The translations under genes were made by a program, and so were the position numbers. A DNA stretch of 64,000 bases from Cellulomonas sp. (GTDB taxonomy: Bacteria > Actinomycetota > Actinomycetes > Actinomycetales > Cellulomonadaceae): positions 2,310 to 66,309 of the forward strand of contig JAPSIR010000002.1 in NCBI GenBank assembly GCA_031178625.1, read 5' to 3'. Below, one piece after another: positions 9,453 through 19,137 of this stretch. The notes under the pieces are model-generated. The model had not been told where the DNA came from, searched no databases, and saw only the letters and a program-made list of their open reading frames with translations. Within the stretch, counting starts at the first letter, position 1. Each line of letters opens with the position of its first letter.

Positions 9453-10508
9453 GTGACCACGCCGCACGACGTCCGCCACTTCGCGTCCGACAACTACGCG
9501 GGGGCGCACCCCGAGGTCCTCGCGGCGCTCGCCGCCGCGAACACCGGCCACACCCCCGCGTACGGCGACGACCCGTGGACGGCGCACCTCCAGGACGTCG
9601 TGCGTGCCCACTTCGGCGCCACCGCGGCCGCGTACCCGGTCTTCAACGGCACGGGCGCGAACGTGGTCGCGCTGCAGGCGATGCTGCCGCGCTGGGGCGC
9701 CGTGGTCTGCTCGGCGAACGCGCACGTGAACACCGACGAGAACGCTGCGCCGGAGCGTGTGGGCGGGCTCAAGCTCCTCACCGTGCCGACGCCCGACGGG
9801 CGGCTGACCCCGGAGCTCGTCGCCCGGCAGGCGCACGGCTTCGGCGACGTGCACCGCGCGCAGCCGGGCGTGGTGTCCCTCACGCAGTCCACCGAGCTCG
9901 GCACCGTGTACCGGCCGGAGCAGGTCCGTGCGCTGACCGAGCAGGCGCACGCCCTGGGGATGCGCGTGCACGTCGACGGCGCTCGGCTGTCGAACGCGGC
10001 CGCGCGCCTCGGCCTGCCGCTGCGGGCGTTCACCACGGACGTCGGCGTCGACGTGGTGTCGCTCGGCGGCACCAAGAACGGCCTGCTGTTCGGCGAGGCC
10101 GTCGTCGTGCTCGACCCGGACGCCGTCGACGGCGTCGGCTACCTGCGCAAGTCGGGCATGCAGCTCGCGTCGAAGATGCGCTTCGTGTCGGCCCAGCTCG
10201 TGGCGCTGTACGAGGGCGACCTGTGGCTGCGCTCGGCCTCGCACGCCAACGCGATGGCCGACCGCCTGCGGGCCGGCCTCGACGCCCTGGGTCGCCTCGA
10301 CGTCACCCTGCCCACGGAGGCCAACGCGGTGTTCGTGCGCCTGCCGGCGGACGTGGCCGCCGCGCTGCGCCGGCGGTGGCGGTTCTACGACTGGGACCCG
10401 ACGGACGGCACGGTGCGGCTCATGTGCGCGTTCGACACGCGGCCGCAGGACGTCGACGACCTCCTGACCGCGCTCGCCGACGCGCTGACGGGGAGCCCGG
10501 CGGCCTGA
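9453..10508 (+). CDS. ltaE: Low-specificity L-threonine aldolase (PLP)
   Basis: FASDNYAG, TELGTVY, HVDGARLSNA and SLGGTKNG (PLP lysine). Confidence 0.9.
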   Translation: MTTPHDVRHFASDNYAGAHPEVLAALAAANTGHTPAYGDDPWTAHLQDVVRAHFGATAAAYPVFNGTGANVVALQAMLPRWGAVVCSANAHVNTDENAAPERVGGLKLLTVPTPDGRLTPELVARQAHGFGDVHRAQPGVVSLTQSTELGTVYRPEQVRALTEQAHALGMRVHVDGARLSNAAARLGLPLRAFTTDVGVDVVSLGGTKNGLLFGEAVVVLDPDAVDGVGYLRKSGMQLASKMRFVSAQLVALYEGDLWLRSASHANAMADRLRAGLDALGRLDVTLPTEANAVFVRLPADVAAALRRRWRFYDWDPTDGTVRLMCAFDTRPQDVDDLLTALADALTGSPAA

Positions 10509-10521
10509 GGCCCCACGTGCG

Positions 10522-10558
10522 ACGGGGCCCTCCCGGAGGTCATCCGGGAGGGCCCCGT
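10522..10558. terminator. Bidirectional terminator hairpin (ltaE / cbhA)
   Basis: 16-bp stem ACGGGGCCCTCCCGGA / TCCGGGAGGGCCCCGT with a 5-nt loop. Confidence 0.75.
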
Positions 10559-10595
10559 GCGGGCCGTCAGACCGTCGGTCCGACGAGGGTGCGGA

Positions 10596-12470
10596 TCAGC
10601 TCGCGCAGGGCGAGCCGTTCAGCGTGAAGCCCGAGGCGGGCGGCGGGCTGCTGGTGCCGTTCGTCTGCGAGCCGTTGAAGCCGATCTCCACCGACGCGCC
10701 CGGTGCCAGGGTGCCGTTCCACGCCGCGTTGGCGGCCGTCACGGTCTGGCCGGACTGCGTCCACTGGGCGCTCCAGCCCTGCTGCACCGACTGACCGGCC
10801 GGCAGCGTGAACCGGAGGTTCCAGCTGCTGAGGGCGGAGGAGCCGGTGTTGGTCAGCCGCACCGAGGCCGTGAAGCCCGTGCTCCAGCCGTTCGCGCTGT
10901 AGCGGACCGAGCAGGCCGCCGGGCCGGACGTGGGCGTGGGGGTGGGCGTCGCCGTGGCCGTCGGGGTGACGGTGGGCGTCGCGGTGGGCGTGACCGTCGG
11001 CGTCACCGTGGGCGTCGCCGTCGGGGTCGCCGTCGGCGTCGGGGTCGGCGTCGTGCCGTTGGCCGGGATGACCGGGAAGGCGTTGCGGACGAGCGTCCGG
11101 AACTGCGCCTCGAACCACTGGCCGGCGAGCGGCGCGTCCGGCGTGGCGCCCGTCAGCTGGTTGGCCAGCTTGGGCGACACGAAGGTCGGGTCGCACATGC
11201 GGTCGAAGCTCTTGCCCTGGTCGTTCGGGATCTCCTTCGAGGCGCCGTCGGACTCGCCCGGGGGCTTGATCCAGACGTACGCGTCGAGGTGCGCGGCGGC
11301 CGGCGCGCTGGCCGGGGTCGCCTTCGGGAGCTCGCCGATGCCTGCGCCGAGCGGGTTGCACCACGCGCCGCGGTGGACGCGCTTGTCGATGCGGGACTCG
11401 TTCACGTAGGTGTTCAGGTCCGTGCTCGTCGACGCGGCGGTCGGGCGGTTCGGGCCGCCCCAGCCGTTGCGCGAGGTGTCGATGAGCATGCCGGTGCTGG
11501 CCGGGAAGCCCTCGGCGACGAGGAGCCGGTGCAGGTGCGCCGTCCACGCGTGCTCGCCGAAGTCCGCGTTCCACTCGTAGAACGTCGCCGAGCGGACCTG
11601 CCCGCTGCCGACCTGCTTGTTCGGGTCGGTGAGGAACGGCTCGGCCAGGGGCGTCGAGTTCGCCGTGTTGGTGACGAAGCCGTCGATCGACGCGAAGCCC
11701 TTCTTCGTCGTCTTCGCGACGTCGGCGAAGAGCTTGGCGGCGGGGCCGGCGTTCGTGTCCCAGCCGAGCCAGCCCGAGTGCGCCGCGTCGATGTACGTGT
11801 AGACGTTGTCCATCGTCTTCAGCTCGTCGAGCGCGTACTTGACGCCCTCGCGGTAGTACGGCGCCGACTGCTGGCACGTCGCCTCGGACATGTTGGTGAT
11901 GAGGTTCGGCAGCGAGTCGGGCTCGATCGTCGCGGAGATCCGCAGGTCCTGGTACTTCGGGTCGGACAGCAGGTCGACGATCGGGTCGATGTACTCCGTC
12001 TTGTACCGGGCGAGCCCGGCGTCCGTGGCGGGGAGCTCACCGTTCGACGCGAGCGCGAAGCAGTCGCGGCCGGGCAGGTTGTAGATCACCAGGTTGAAGA
12101 CCAGCGGCGTGCTGCCGGTCTTCTGCTTGAGCGCCTCGTCGAGGTGGAACTTCAGCCCGTTGCCGTCCGCGTTGCCGGCGATGGCGCTGATGCGGTCCAT
12201 CCACACGGCCGTCGGCTGCCGCGCCACCGTGCGCATCTGGGCCGCCAGGGTCGCGTCGCCGGCGCGCGTGGCAGCGCTCTCAACCGTCGCGGCCCAGGTC
12301 GGGTTCACGTACTGCTTGGCGCCCGCGTACGGGTTGTCGACGTGCGGCTCGGCCGCCGTGGCTGCCGTGCTCGCCAGCGTCAGCGGCACCGCGACGAGCG
12401 CCGTTGCCGTCGCCACGGTCGCGACGGCGCGCAGGCGCCGTCCGACCGTCTTCTTGCCGTGTGTGGACAC
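10596..12470 (-). CDS. cbhA: GH6 cellobiohydrolase (CbhA/Cel6B-like) with Pro/Thr linker and CBM2
   Basis: Signal peptide and HVDNPYAGA N-terminus resembling Cellulomonas CbhA; YNLPGRDC, IEPDSLPN, DTSRNGWG and WIKPPGESDG motifs; GGAGG RBS. Confidence 0.92.
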   Translation of the reverse strand: MSTHGKKTVGRRLRAVATVATATALVAVPLTLASTAATAAEPHVDNPYAGAKQYVNPTWAATVESAATRAGDATLAAQMRTVARQPTAVWMDRISAIAGNADGNGLKFHLDEALKQKTGSTPLVFNLVIYNLPGRDCFALASNGELPATDAGLARYKTEYIDPIVDLLSDPKYQDLRISATIEPDSLPNLITNMSEATCQQSAPYYREGVKYALDELKTMDNVYTYIDAAHSGWLGWDTNAGPAAKLFADVAKTTKKGFASIDGFVTNTANSTPLAEPFLTDPNKQVGSGQVRSATFYEWNADFGEHAWTAHLHRLLVAEGFPASTGMLIDTSRNGWGGPNRPTAASTSTDLNTYVNESRIDKRVHRGAWCNPLGAGIGELPKATPASAPAAAHLDAYVWIKPPGESDGASKEIPNDQGKSFDRMCDPTFVSPKLANQLTGATPDAPLAGQWFEAQFRTLVRNAFPVIPANGTTPTPTPTATPTATPTVTPTVTPTATPTVTPTATATPTPTPTSGPAACSVRYSANGWSTGFTASVRLTNTGSSALSSWNLRFTLPAGQSVQQGWSAQWTQSGQTVTAANAAWNGTLAPGASVEIGFNGSQTNGTSSPPPASGFTLNGSPCAS

Positions 12471-12591
12471 GTGTGTCCTCCAGGTCCGTTCGGCGCACCC
12501 GGCCCTCGGCGGCAAGGTGCGGGCCGCCGCGGGGGAGTCCACGACGACTGGCCTGGAATCCATCACGCGGTGCCGTCGCCGGGGACCCTGG

Positions 12592-12648
12592 CGAACCGTT
12601 TAGGGCGCGGCGCGTTACCGAATCGTTACCTTGCCGCGTGGCGCCCTA
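12592..12648. promoter_or_regulatory. cbhA upstream regulatory region with two LacI-operator-like sites
   Basis: CGAACCGTTTAG (12592-12603) and CGAATCGTTACC (12619-12630); CGTTACC direct repeat at 11-bp period; TAGGGCGC/GCGCCCTA inverted repeat. Confidence 0.45.
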
Positions 12649-12666
12649 TCGGGACATCGCTGCAGG

Positions 12667-13761
12667 TCAGCGCGACCGCGGGCCCGTGCTGCCCCGGACG
12701 GCGAGCCCGCCGACCGCGATGCGCGGACCCGACGCGGCCCGTCCGTCGAGCACCTGGAGCACCGCGTCGCCCACGGACGTGCCGAGCTCCGACTGCACGG
12801 TGGGCAGCGCGGTGATCGACGGCGTCGCCAGCCGGCACAGCGGCGAGTCGGTGAGCGAGACGACCGAGACGTCCCACGGCACCGCGAGCCCGGTGCGTCG
12901 CGTGACGTCCAGCGCCGCGACGGCCATGTGGTCGGTGTCGAAGACCAGCGCCGTGGGCGGCCGCCCGCCCGTGAGCAGGCGCCGGCACGCCGCCGCCGCG
13001 CCCTCCGGCGTGCCCGCCGTCGCCTCGTGCACCAGGACGCCGCCGTTCGTGGCCACCGCCTGCTCGAGCCCCGCGACACGGGCGCGCGTACGGGTCAGCG
13101 CGTCCGGCCCCGTGACGACCGCGACCTGCCGGTGCCCGAGCTCGATGAGGTACCGGCCCACGCGCGCCGTCGCCTCCGCGTCCTCGACGGCCACCGTCGC
13201 CATCTCACCCGTCGGCTCGCCGCTCGCCACGACGACCGACGGGATGCGCAGCCGGCGCAGCGCGTCCAGCCGCGGGTCCTCGGTCCGCACGTCGGTCACC
13301 ACCATGACGTCGAACCGCCGCTCGGCCCACCACTCGCCGTACAGCGCCACGGCCGCGGCGAGGTCGTCGACGACCTGCAGCACGAGCGCCAGGCCGCGCG
13401 TGCGCAGGACGTCCTGCAGTGCCACGACCAGCTCGAGGACGTCGGCGCCGTAGCCGACCGGGCCGGTCAGGGTCCGGTCGAGCACGAGCCCGACGGCGCG
13501 CGGACCGCTGCGCATCGAGCGCGCCGCGGCGCTCGGCCGCCAGCCGAACTCGTCCGCGACGCGCAGCACGCGCTCGCGCGTCGCGGCGCTGACGCCGGGG
13601 CGTCCGTTGAGCGCGTACGACACCACCGCGATCGACACGCCCGCGGCGCGAGCCACGTCCGTGATCGTCGGGCGGCGCGCCGCGGGACCGGGGACGAGGG
13701 GCTGCGCCCCGGTCGCCGGAGATACGGCGTCTTTGCCGCTGTCATGTGCAGGAGTGACCAC
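12667..13761 (-). CDS. LacI-family transcriptional regulator (start uncertain)
   Basis: PTITDVARAAGVSIAVVSYALNG HTH; PTALVFDTDHMA, VPWDVSVVS and VRGST C-terminal motifs. Confidence 0.92.
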   Translation of the reverse strand: MVTPAHDSGKDAVSPATGAQPLVPGPAARRPTITDVARAAGVSIAVVSYALNGRPGVSAATRERVLRVADEFGWRPSAAARSMRSGPRAVGLVLDRTLTGPVGYGADVLELVVALQDVLRTRGLALVLQVVDDLAAAVALYGEWWAERRFDVMVVTDVRTEDPRLDALRRLRIPSVVVASGEPTGEMATVAVEDAEATARVGRYLIELGHRQVAVVTGPDALTRTRARVAGLEQAVATNGGVLVHEATAGTPEGAAAACRRLLTGGRPPTALVFDTDHMAVAALDVTRRTGLAVPWDVSVVSLTDSPLCRLATPSITALPTVQSELGTSVGDAVLQVLDGRAASGPRIAVGGLAVRGSTGPRSR

Positions 13762-13833
13762 GATCGCCTAGTGTTGCGCCCGAAGTGGGTGGTTCGCATC
13801 AACTCGGCTCCGACGGTGTAGGCGAGGTAGCTC

Positions 13834-16509
13834 ATGGTCACTGCTCGGCGCGGGGTGCCGGCCACGGTCCGACGCACGATCGGCGTGCTCTCGCCGGTGG
13901 TCGGCGGGTTCTACTTCGGTGCTCTCATCGCCGGCGTGGCGCGCGCGGCACGCGGTGCGGGCCACCGGGTCGTGGCCGTGCAGACCTATCCCGCGGGCCT
14001 CGACCGCGAGCGCTACCCCGACGAGTCGGTGCTCGACACCCCGGTGGCGCTCGGCGCGGTCGACGGCCTCGTCGTCGTGGGGAAGTCGCTCAGCCAGGAG
14101 CGGCTCGCGGCGGTGCGTGAGTGGGGCGTGCCGGTGGTGCTCGTCAGCGAGGACCCGGTGCACCCCGACGACCCGGTCGTCGTGCCGGACAACGCCGGGG
14201 GAGTGCGCGAGGCGGTCGAGCACCTGCTGTGGCACGGGCACACGGCGATCGGGTTCCTGGGCAACCTCGCGCAGCGCGACATGCGCGAGCGCTTCGCGGC
14301 CTACCGCGCCACGCTCGCCGAGCACGGCATCGAGTCCGACGAGTCCTGGTGGTACGAGGCCTCGGACAACCAGGAGCAGGGCGGCGTCGACGCGGCGGCC
14401 CGCCTCCTCGCGGCCGGCACGCCGACCACGGCCGTCGTCGCCGCGACCGACCGCAACGCCGTCGGCTTCCAGCGCGCGCTGCGGTCCCACGGCCTCGTGC
14501 TCCCGCGGGACCAGGCGGTCGTCGCGTTCGACCACGCGGACTCCGGGGCGCGGGTGAGCCCCCGCCTGTCCACGGTCGACGCCCACTTCGGGCGGGTCGG
14601 GGAGCAGGCGGTGCACCTGCTGCTGGCGCGCATGCGCGGCGAGGAGGTCGCACCCGGCGAGCACCGGATCGCGTCGAGCCTCGTCGTCCGCGAGTCCTGC
14701 GGGTGCACCGAGGTCACGGCGCCGGCCGTCGCCGGCGACGACGGGCTCGCGGGCGCGGACCTCGTGCGCCGGCTCTCCGACGCCGCGTTCGCCGGCCCGG
14801 CGGGCGCCGGGGGTGCGCGCCGGTCCGGGCCGGACGCGCGCGAGGCCTGGTGGCGCGCCGTGGTCGACCCTGTGGAGGCCGCCGCCGAGCGCGGCGTGGC
14901 ACCGGCCGCCGCCGCGCTGGGGCGCCTGGCGGACCTCACCGCCGCCCTCCAGCCGCACCCCGAGGCGCTCGAGCAGTCCGTGACGGTCCTGCGCGCGGTC
15001 GAGTGCCGGCAGGTGGAAGCGCTCTCCGACGCGCGCCGGCAGAACGCCCCCGCCGTCCGGCGCGCGGTCACCGACGTGCTCCTCGCCGTGACGAAGGGCT
15101 GCACGCGGGCCATGCTCGCGCGCAGCGGCCAGCTCGAGCGCACGATCGTCGACCAGTACGAGGTCGACATGGACCTGCTCCGCGGCGACGGCGCCAGCCC
15201 GCGCGCGCTCGGCTGGCTCCCGCGCGGCGTGCGGGGGCACGCGTGCCTGGGGCTGTGGGTCGGCTCCGACCGCGGCCCCGGCGACCGCGAGATGGAGATC
15301 GTCGGCGTGCACGACACCACGGGCACGCTGTCCCGTCTCGTCGGCGTCCGCACGACGGCCAGCCAGTTCCCGCCCGCCGCGCTGACGCGCGCGGGCACCG
15401 TCGGGTCCAACGAGCTGACCTTCGTCGTGCCCGTGACCTTCGGCGGCAGCGACTGGGGCCTGCTCGCGATCGACGGCGTCGTGGAGACGCGGTCCACGCA
15501 GCCGCGCGACCGGTTCAACCACTGGGCCGCGCTGCTGGCCGTCGCGCTCGACCAGGAGCGTCTGCTCGCGTCCCTGCGCGAGCAGCGCAAGGCGCTGGAG
15601 CAGGCGGCCGCCCGCGAGCGGGCCCTCGCGGACACCGTGCGCGAGAGCGAGGAGCGGTACGCGCTGGCCTCGATGGCCGCGCACGACGGCACGTGGGACT
15701 GGGACGTGTCCGCCGGCACCGTCTACTACTCGCCGCGCTGGAAGCAGACGCTCGGGTACGGCGACGAGGTCATCGGCGACCAGCCCGCCGAGTGGCTGGA
15801 GCGCGTGCACCCGGCCGACCGCGACGAGCTGTCCGCGGCGATCGCCGCCCAGCTCGCCGGCTGCGGCACGCCGCTCGAGCTGGAGCACCGAGTGCGCACG
15901 TCGTCCGGCGACTACCGCTGGATGATGTGCCGCGCCGTCACGGTGCTCGACGACGCCGGCTGCCCGGCGCGGCTCGTCGGCACGCTCGTGGACGTCACCG
16001 AGCGCAAGGAGGCGGAGATCGCCCTCCAGCGCGACGCGCTGCACGACCCCGAGACGGGCCTGGTCAACCGCCTGCTGTTCCTCGACCGGCTCGGCGCCGC
16101 GCTGCTGCGCACCCGCCGCTCGCCGGCGTACGACTGCGCGCTCGCGCTGGTGCGCGTCGTCGAGCAGGCGCCGACGACGAGCCGCGAGGCCTCCGACGTC
16201 GCACCGGACGTGCACCGCGAGGTGGTGCGCCAGCTGCGACGTCCTCTGCGCGAGGGCGACACGACGGCGCGCATCGGCGAGGACGACTTCGCGGTCCTCG
16301 TCGACGACGTCGGCGCGGGCGGCATGCCGGACCGGCTGTCGGAGCTGCTCGAGCGTCTGCGCCGCGACATCGGACCGCGCATCGCCATCGGCGTGCTGGG
16401 CAGCGTGCGGGGCATGCGGGACGTCGCCGACGTGCTCCGTGAGGCGGACATCGTGCTCCTGCGCGAGCAGACCCGGCCGGACCCCCTGCGCGGGACCGTC
16501 CTGCGCTGA
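13834..16509 (+). CDS. LacI-type sugar-binding domain + PAS/PAC + degenerate GGDEF fusion protein
   Basis: No HTH; HLLWHGHTAIGF, VVAFDH and LVVRESCGC; DGTWDWD...YYSPRW...VHPADR (PAS); DPETGLVNR and REGDTTARIGEDDF. Confidence 0.88.
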   Translation: MVTARRGVPATVRRTIGVLSPVVGGFYFGALIAGVARAARGAGHRVVAVQTYPAGLDRERYPDESVLDTPVALGAVDGLVVVGKSLSQERLAAVREWGVPVVLVSEDPVHPDDPVVVPDNAGGVREAVEHLLWHGHTAIGFLGNLAQRDMRERFAAYRATLAEHGIESDESWWYEASDNQEQGGVDAAARLLAAGTPTTAVVAATDRNAVGFQRALRSHGLVLPRDQAVVAFDHADSGARVSPRLSTVDAHFGRVGEQAVHLLLARMRGEEVAPGEHRIASSLVVRESCGCTEVTAPAVAGDDGLAGADLVRRLSDAAFAGPAGAGGARRSGPDAREAWWRAVVDPVEAAAERGVAPAAAALGRLADLTAALQPHPEALEQSVTVLRAVECRQVEALSDARRQNAPAVRRAVTDVLLAVTKGCTRAMLARSGQLERTIVDQYEVDMDLLRGDGASPRALGWLPRGVRGHACLGLWVGSDRGPGDREMEIVGVHDTTGTLSRLVGVRTTASQFPPAALTRAGTVGSNELTFVVPVTFGGSDWGLLAIDGVVETRSTQPRDRFNHWAALLAVALDQERLLASLREQRKALEQAAARERALADTVRESEERYALASMAAHDGTWDWDVSAGTVYYSPRWKQTLGYGDEVIGDQPAEWLERVHPADRDELSAAIAAQLAGCGTPLELEHRVRTSSGDYRWMMCRAVTVLDDAGCPARLVGTLVDVTERKEAEIALQRDALHDPETGLVNRLLFLDRLGAALLRTRRSPAYDCALALVRVVEQAPTTSREASDVAPDVHREVVRQLRRPLREGDTTARIGEDDFAVLVDDVGAGGMPDRLSELLERLRRDIGPRIAIGVLGSVRGMRDVADVLREADIVLLREQTRPDPLRGTVLR

Positions 16510-16550
16510 CGCGGGCGTCGTCCCGGGCACGCACACGTCGCGGACGCGGA

Positions 16551-16582
16551 ACGGCCCGGCCACCGAGCGGTGGCCGGGCCGT
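16551..16582. terminator. Bidirectional terminator hairpin
   Basis: ACGGCCCGGCCACCG / CGGTGGCCGGGCCGT between convergent genes. Confidence 0.75.
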
Positions 16583-16591
16583 GCGTCGCGG

Positions 16592-18355
16592 TCAGGCGTG
16601 GGTGCGGTGCACCCGCTCGCCGCGGCTCGGGTGGTTGCGCGGGCCCGTGTCGACGCGGATCCGCAGCGGGCGACCCCCGACGCGTGCGCGTCCGAGCTTG
16701 TCGACCGCCTCGGGCGTCAGGCCCGCGGGGATGTCGACGAGCGCGAACGTGTGGAAGATGTCGATGCGACCGACCTCGGAGCCCTGCAGGCCGCCCTCGC
16801 CGGTGAGCGCGCCGACGAGCTGACCCGCCTGGACGCCGTCCCGGTGGCCGACCGCGACGCGGTAGCGCGGACGCCCGCTCGGCCCGCCGGTGGTGGCGCG
16901 CCGACGGCCCGCCGGGGCGTGGCCGACGCCGCCGGAGCGGCTGTCGTCCGGCATCTCGCGGGCGCGCCGAACCGCGTCGTCGAGGTCCTCGACCTCGGCG
17001 CCGCGCGGCGCCGGGCCCTCGTCGCCGACCGCGAGGGCGGCGACCGCGGCGAGGAGGTCCGCCACGTCGACCTCCGGGTGCTCCGCGAGGTGCGTGCGCA
17101 CCGCGTCGCGGTAGAGGTCGAGACGGCCGGCGTCGAGGCGCTCGGGCGTGCGGGCCAGCAGCTGCGCGACGCGGTGCGCCGACACCTCCGCCGGGCTGGG
17201 GATCGTCGTCTCGACCAGGGGCGTGCGCGTCGTGCGCTCGATCTGGCGCAGCTTGCCGCGCTCCTGCGGCGTGACGAACGTCAGTGCGGCGCCCGTGCGG
17301 CCGGCGCGGCCGGTGCGGCCGATCCGGTGCACGTAGGTCTCGGCCTCGCGCGGCACGTCCATGTTGACGACGAGGCCGATGCGCTCGACGTCGAGCCCGC
17401 GCGCCGCCACGTCGGTCGCGACCAGCACGTCGAGAGCGCCGGAGCGCAGCCGCTCGACGATCCGCTCGCGGTCGGCCTGCGCGACGTCGCCGGAGATGTG
17501 GGCGGCCGCGATCTGCCGCTGGATGAGCGTGTTGCCGACCTCCTCGGCCGCCTCGCGGGTGCGGACGAAGACGATCGCGGCGTCGGCGTCGCTCACGGCG
17601 AGCACCCGCGCCAGCGCACCGGCCTTGTGGCGGTGCGGGACGACCGCGTACGACTGCGACACCGCCGCGACGGTCGACGACTGCCGTGCGACGGCGACCT
17701 CGACCGGCTTGACGAGGTGCTTCTCGGCGACGCGCCGGATCTGCGCGGGCATCGTCGCGGAGAACAGGGCGACCTGCCGCGGCGCGGGCGTCTGCGAGAG
17801 CACGCGGTCGACGTCCTCGGCGAAGCCCATCCGGAGCATCTCGTCCGCCTCGTCGAGCACGAGGAACCGGACGTCCTGCAGCTTCAGGGTCCCGCGGTCG
17901 AGGTGGTCGATCACGCGGCCGGGCGTGCCGACGACGACCTGGGCGCCGCGCGCGAGCGCGCGCTGCTGCGGCAGGTAGGGGGAGCCGCCGTACACGGCGA
18001 CGACCTGGAGGCCCTCGCGGTGCTCGGCGAACGACGTGATCGCGTCGGCGACCTGCATCGCGAGCTCGCGCGTCGGGGTCAGGACGACGGCCTGGACCGC
18101 TCGCAGCGACGGGTCGACGTTCTGCAGCAGCGGCAGGCCGAACGCGGCGGTCTTGCCGGTGCCGGTCTGCGCGACGCCGACGACGTCCCGGCCGTCGAGG
18201 AGGGCGGGGATCGTCTGCGCCTGGACGGGCGTGGGCGCGGTGAAGCCGAGGCCGGTGACGGCCGAGAGCAGCTCGTCGGACAGGCCGAGGTCGGCGAACG
18301 AGGTGACGCCGTCGGGGACGGTCGCGTCGGAGGTGGGCAGGGGTGCGGACAGCAT
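16592..18355 (-). CDS. deaD: DEAD-box RNA helicase DeaD/CsdA-like with C-terminal DbpA-type domain
   Basis: Q motif, AQTGTGKT, PTRELA, LDEADEM, SAT, ARGLD and HRIGRTGRAG; YRVAVGHRDG RNA-binding domain. Confidence 0.92.
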   Translation of the reverse strand: MLSAPLPTSDATVPDGVTSFADLGLSDELLSAVTGLGFTAPTPVQAQTIPALLDGRDVVGVAQTGTGKTAAFGLPLLQNVDPSLRAVQAVVLTPTRELAMQVADAITSFAEHREGLQVVAVYGGSPYLPQQRALARGAQVVVGTPGRVIDHLDRGTLKLQDVRFLVLDEADEMLRMGFAEDVDRVLSQTPAPRQVALFSATMPAQIRRVAEKHLVKPVEVAVARQSSTVAAVSQSYAVVPHRHKAGALARVLAVSDADAAIVFVRTREAAEEVGNTLIQRQIAAAHISGDVAQADRERIVERLRSGALDVLVATDVAARGLDVERIGLVVNMDVPREAETYVHRIGRTGRAGRTGAALTFVTPQERGKLRQIERTTRTPLVETTIPSPAEVSAHRVAQLLARTPERLDAGRLDLYRDAVRTHLAEHPEVDVADLLAAVAALAVGDEGPAPRGAEVEDLDDAVRRAREMPDDSRSGGVGHAPAGRRRATTGGPSGRPRYRVAVGHRDGVQAGQLVGALTGEGGLQGSEVGRIDIFHTFALVDIPAGLTPEAVDKLGRARVGGRPLRIRVDTGPRNHPSRGERVHRTHA

Positions 18356-18617
18356 GGTGCTCAAAAGGGGACCGTTCGGTCGGAGGGGGGAGGCGGGGGC
18401 CGCCCGAAGGCGTCCTTCGACGTCGCTCACCCCGTGAAACCCACACCTGGACCGCCTCTCGGGCGGTCCGACACGCATCGGCAGGTACGGCGGCCCGGGG
18501 GCTCGCCGTCCCGCGCGGGGACGCGACACGACTCCTGTTGTCCTGGACAGACTACCCGCGACGGCGCCGGAACGGGCGGTCGGGGCGCGGTGACCTCCCG
18601 CACACGCCGCACACGCC

Positions 18618-19034
18618 TCAGCCGAGGCCGCGGGAGCGCCCCTCGATCGCGGGGCAGCGGTCCATGACCACCGTGAGCCCGGCGGCGCGTGCCCGCGCGG
18701 CCGCCGCCTCGTCCACCACGCCCAGCTGCATCCACACCGCGCGCGCACCCGCCGCCACGGCCTCGTCGACGACCCCGCCGGCGACGCGGCTGTTCACGAA
18801 CAGGTCCACGACGTCGGGCGGCGCCGGCAGGTCCGCCAGGCGACGCACCCCCGCGACGCCGTGCACGGTCGGCGCACTCGGGTGCACGGGGACGACCGTG
18901 TGCCCGAGGCGCTGCAGGTAGGCGGCGACGCCGTACGCGGCGCGGGCCGTGTTCGTCGACAGGCCCACCACCGCCCACGTGGCCGGCGTGCGCAGCAGCC
19001 GGTCGACGACCTGCGGGTCCACGGCGTCGCTCAT
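18618..19034 (-). CDS. CoA-binding protein (YccU-like)
   Basis: WAVVGLS, DVVDLFV, AVWMQLGV and VVMDRCPAIE; GGAGG RBS. Confidence 0.9.
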   Translation of the reverse strand: MSDAVDPQVVDRLLRTPATWAVVGLSTNTARAAYGVAAYLQRLGHTVVPVHPSAPTVHGVAGVRRLADLPAPPDVVDLFVNSRVAGGVVDEAVAAGARAVWMQLGVVDEAAAARARAAGLTVVMDRCPAIEGRSRGLG

Positions 19035-19137
19035 CCTCCGAGCCTGCCACCTCCGTCGCTGCCACGCCGGGACGGCGCGGCCGGGCCGCGCTGCGCGTGC
19101 GCATAGGATCACGGGCAGGACGAGGACGGGGGAGGGC

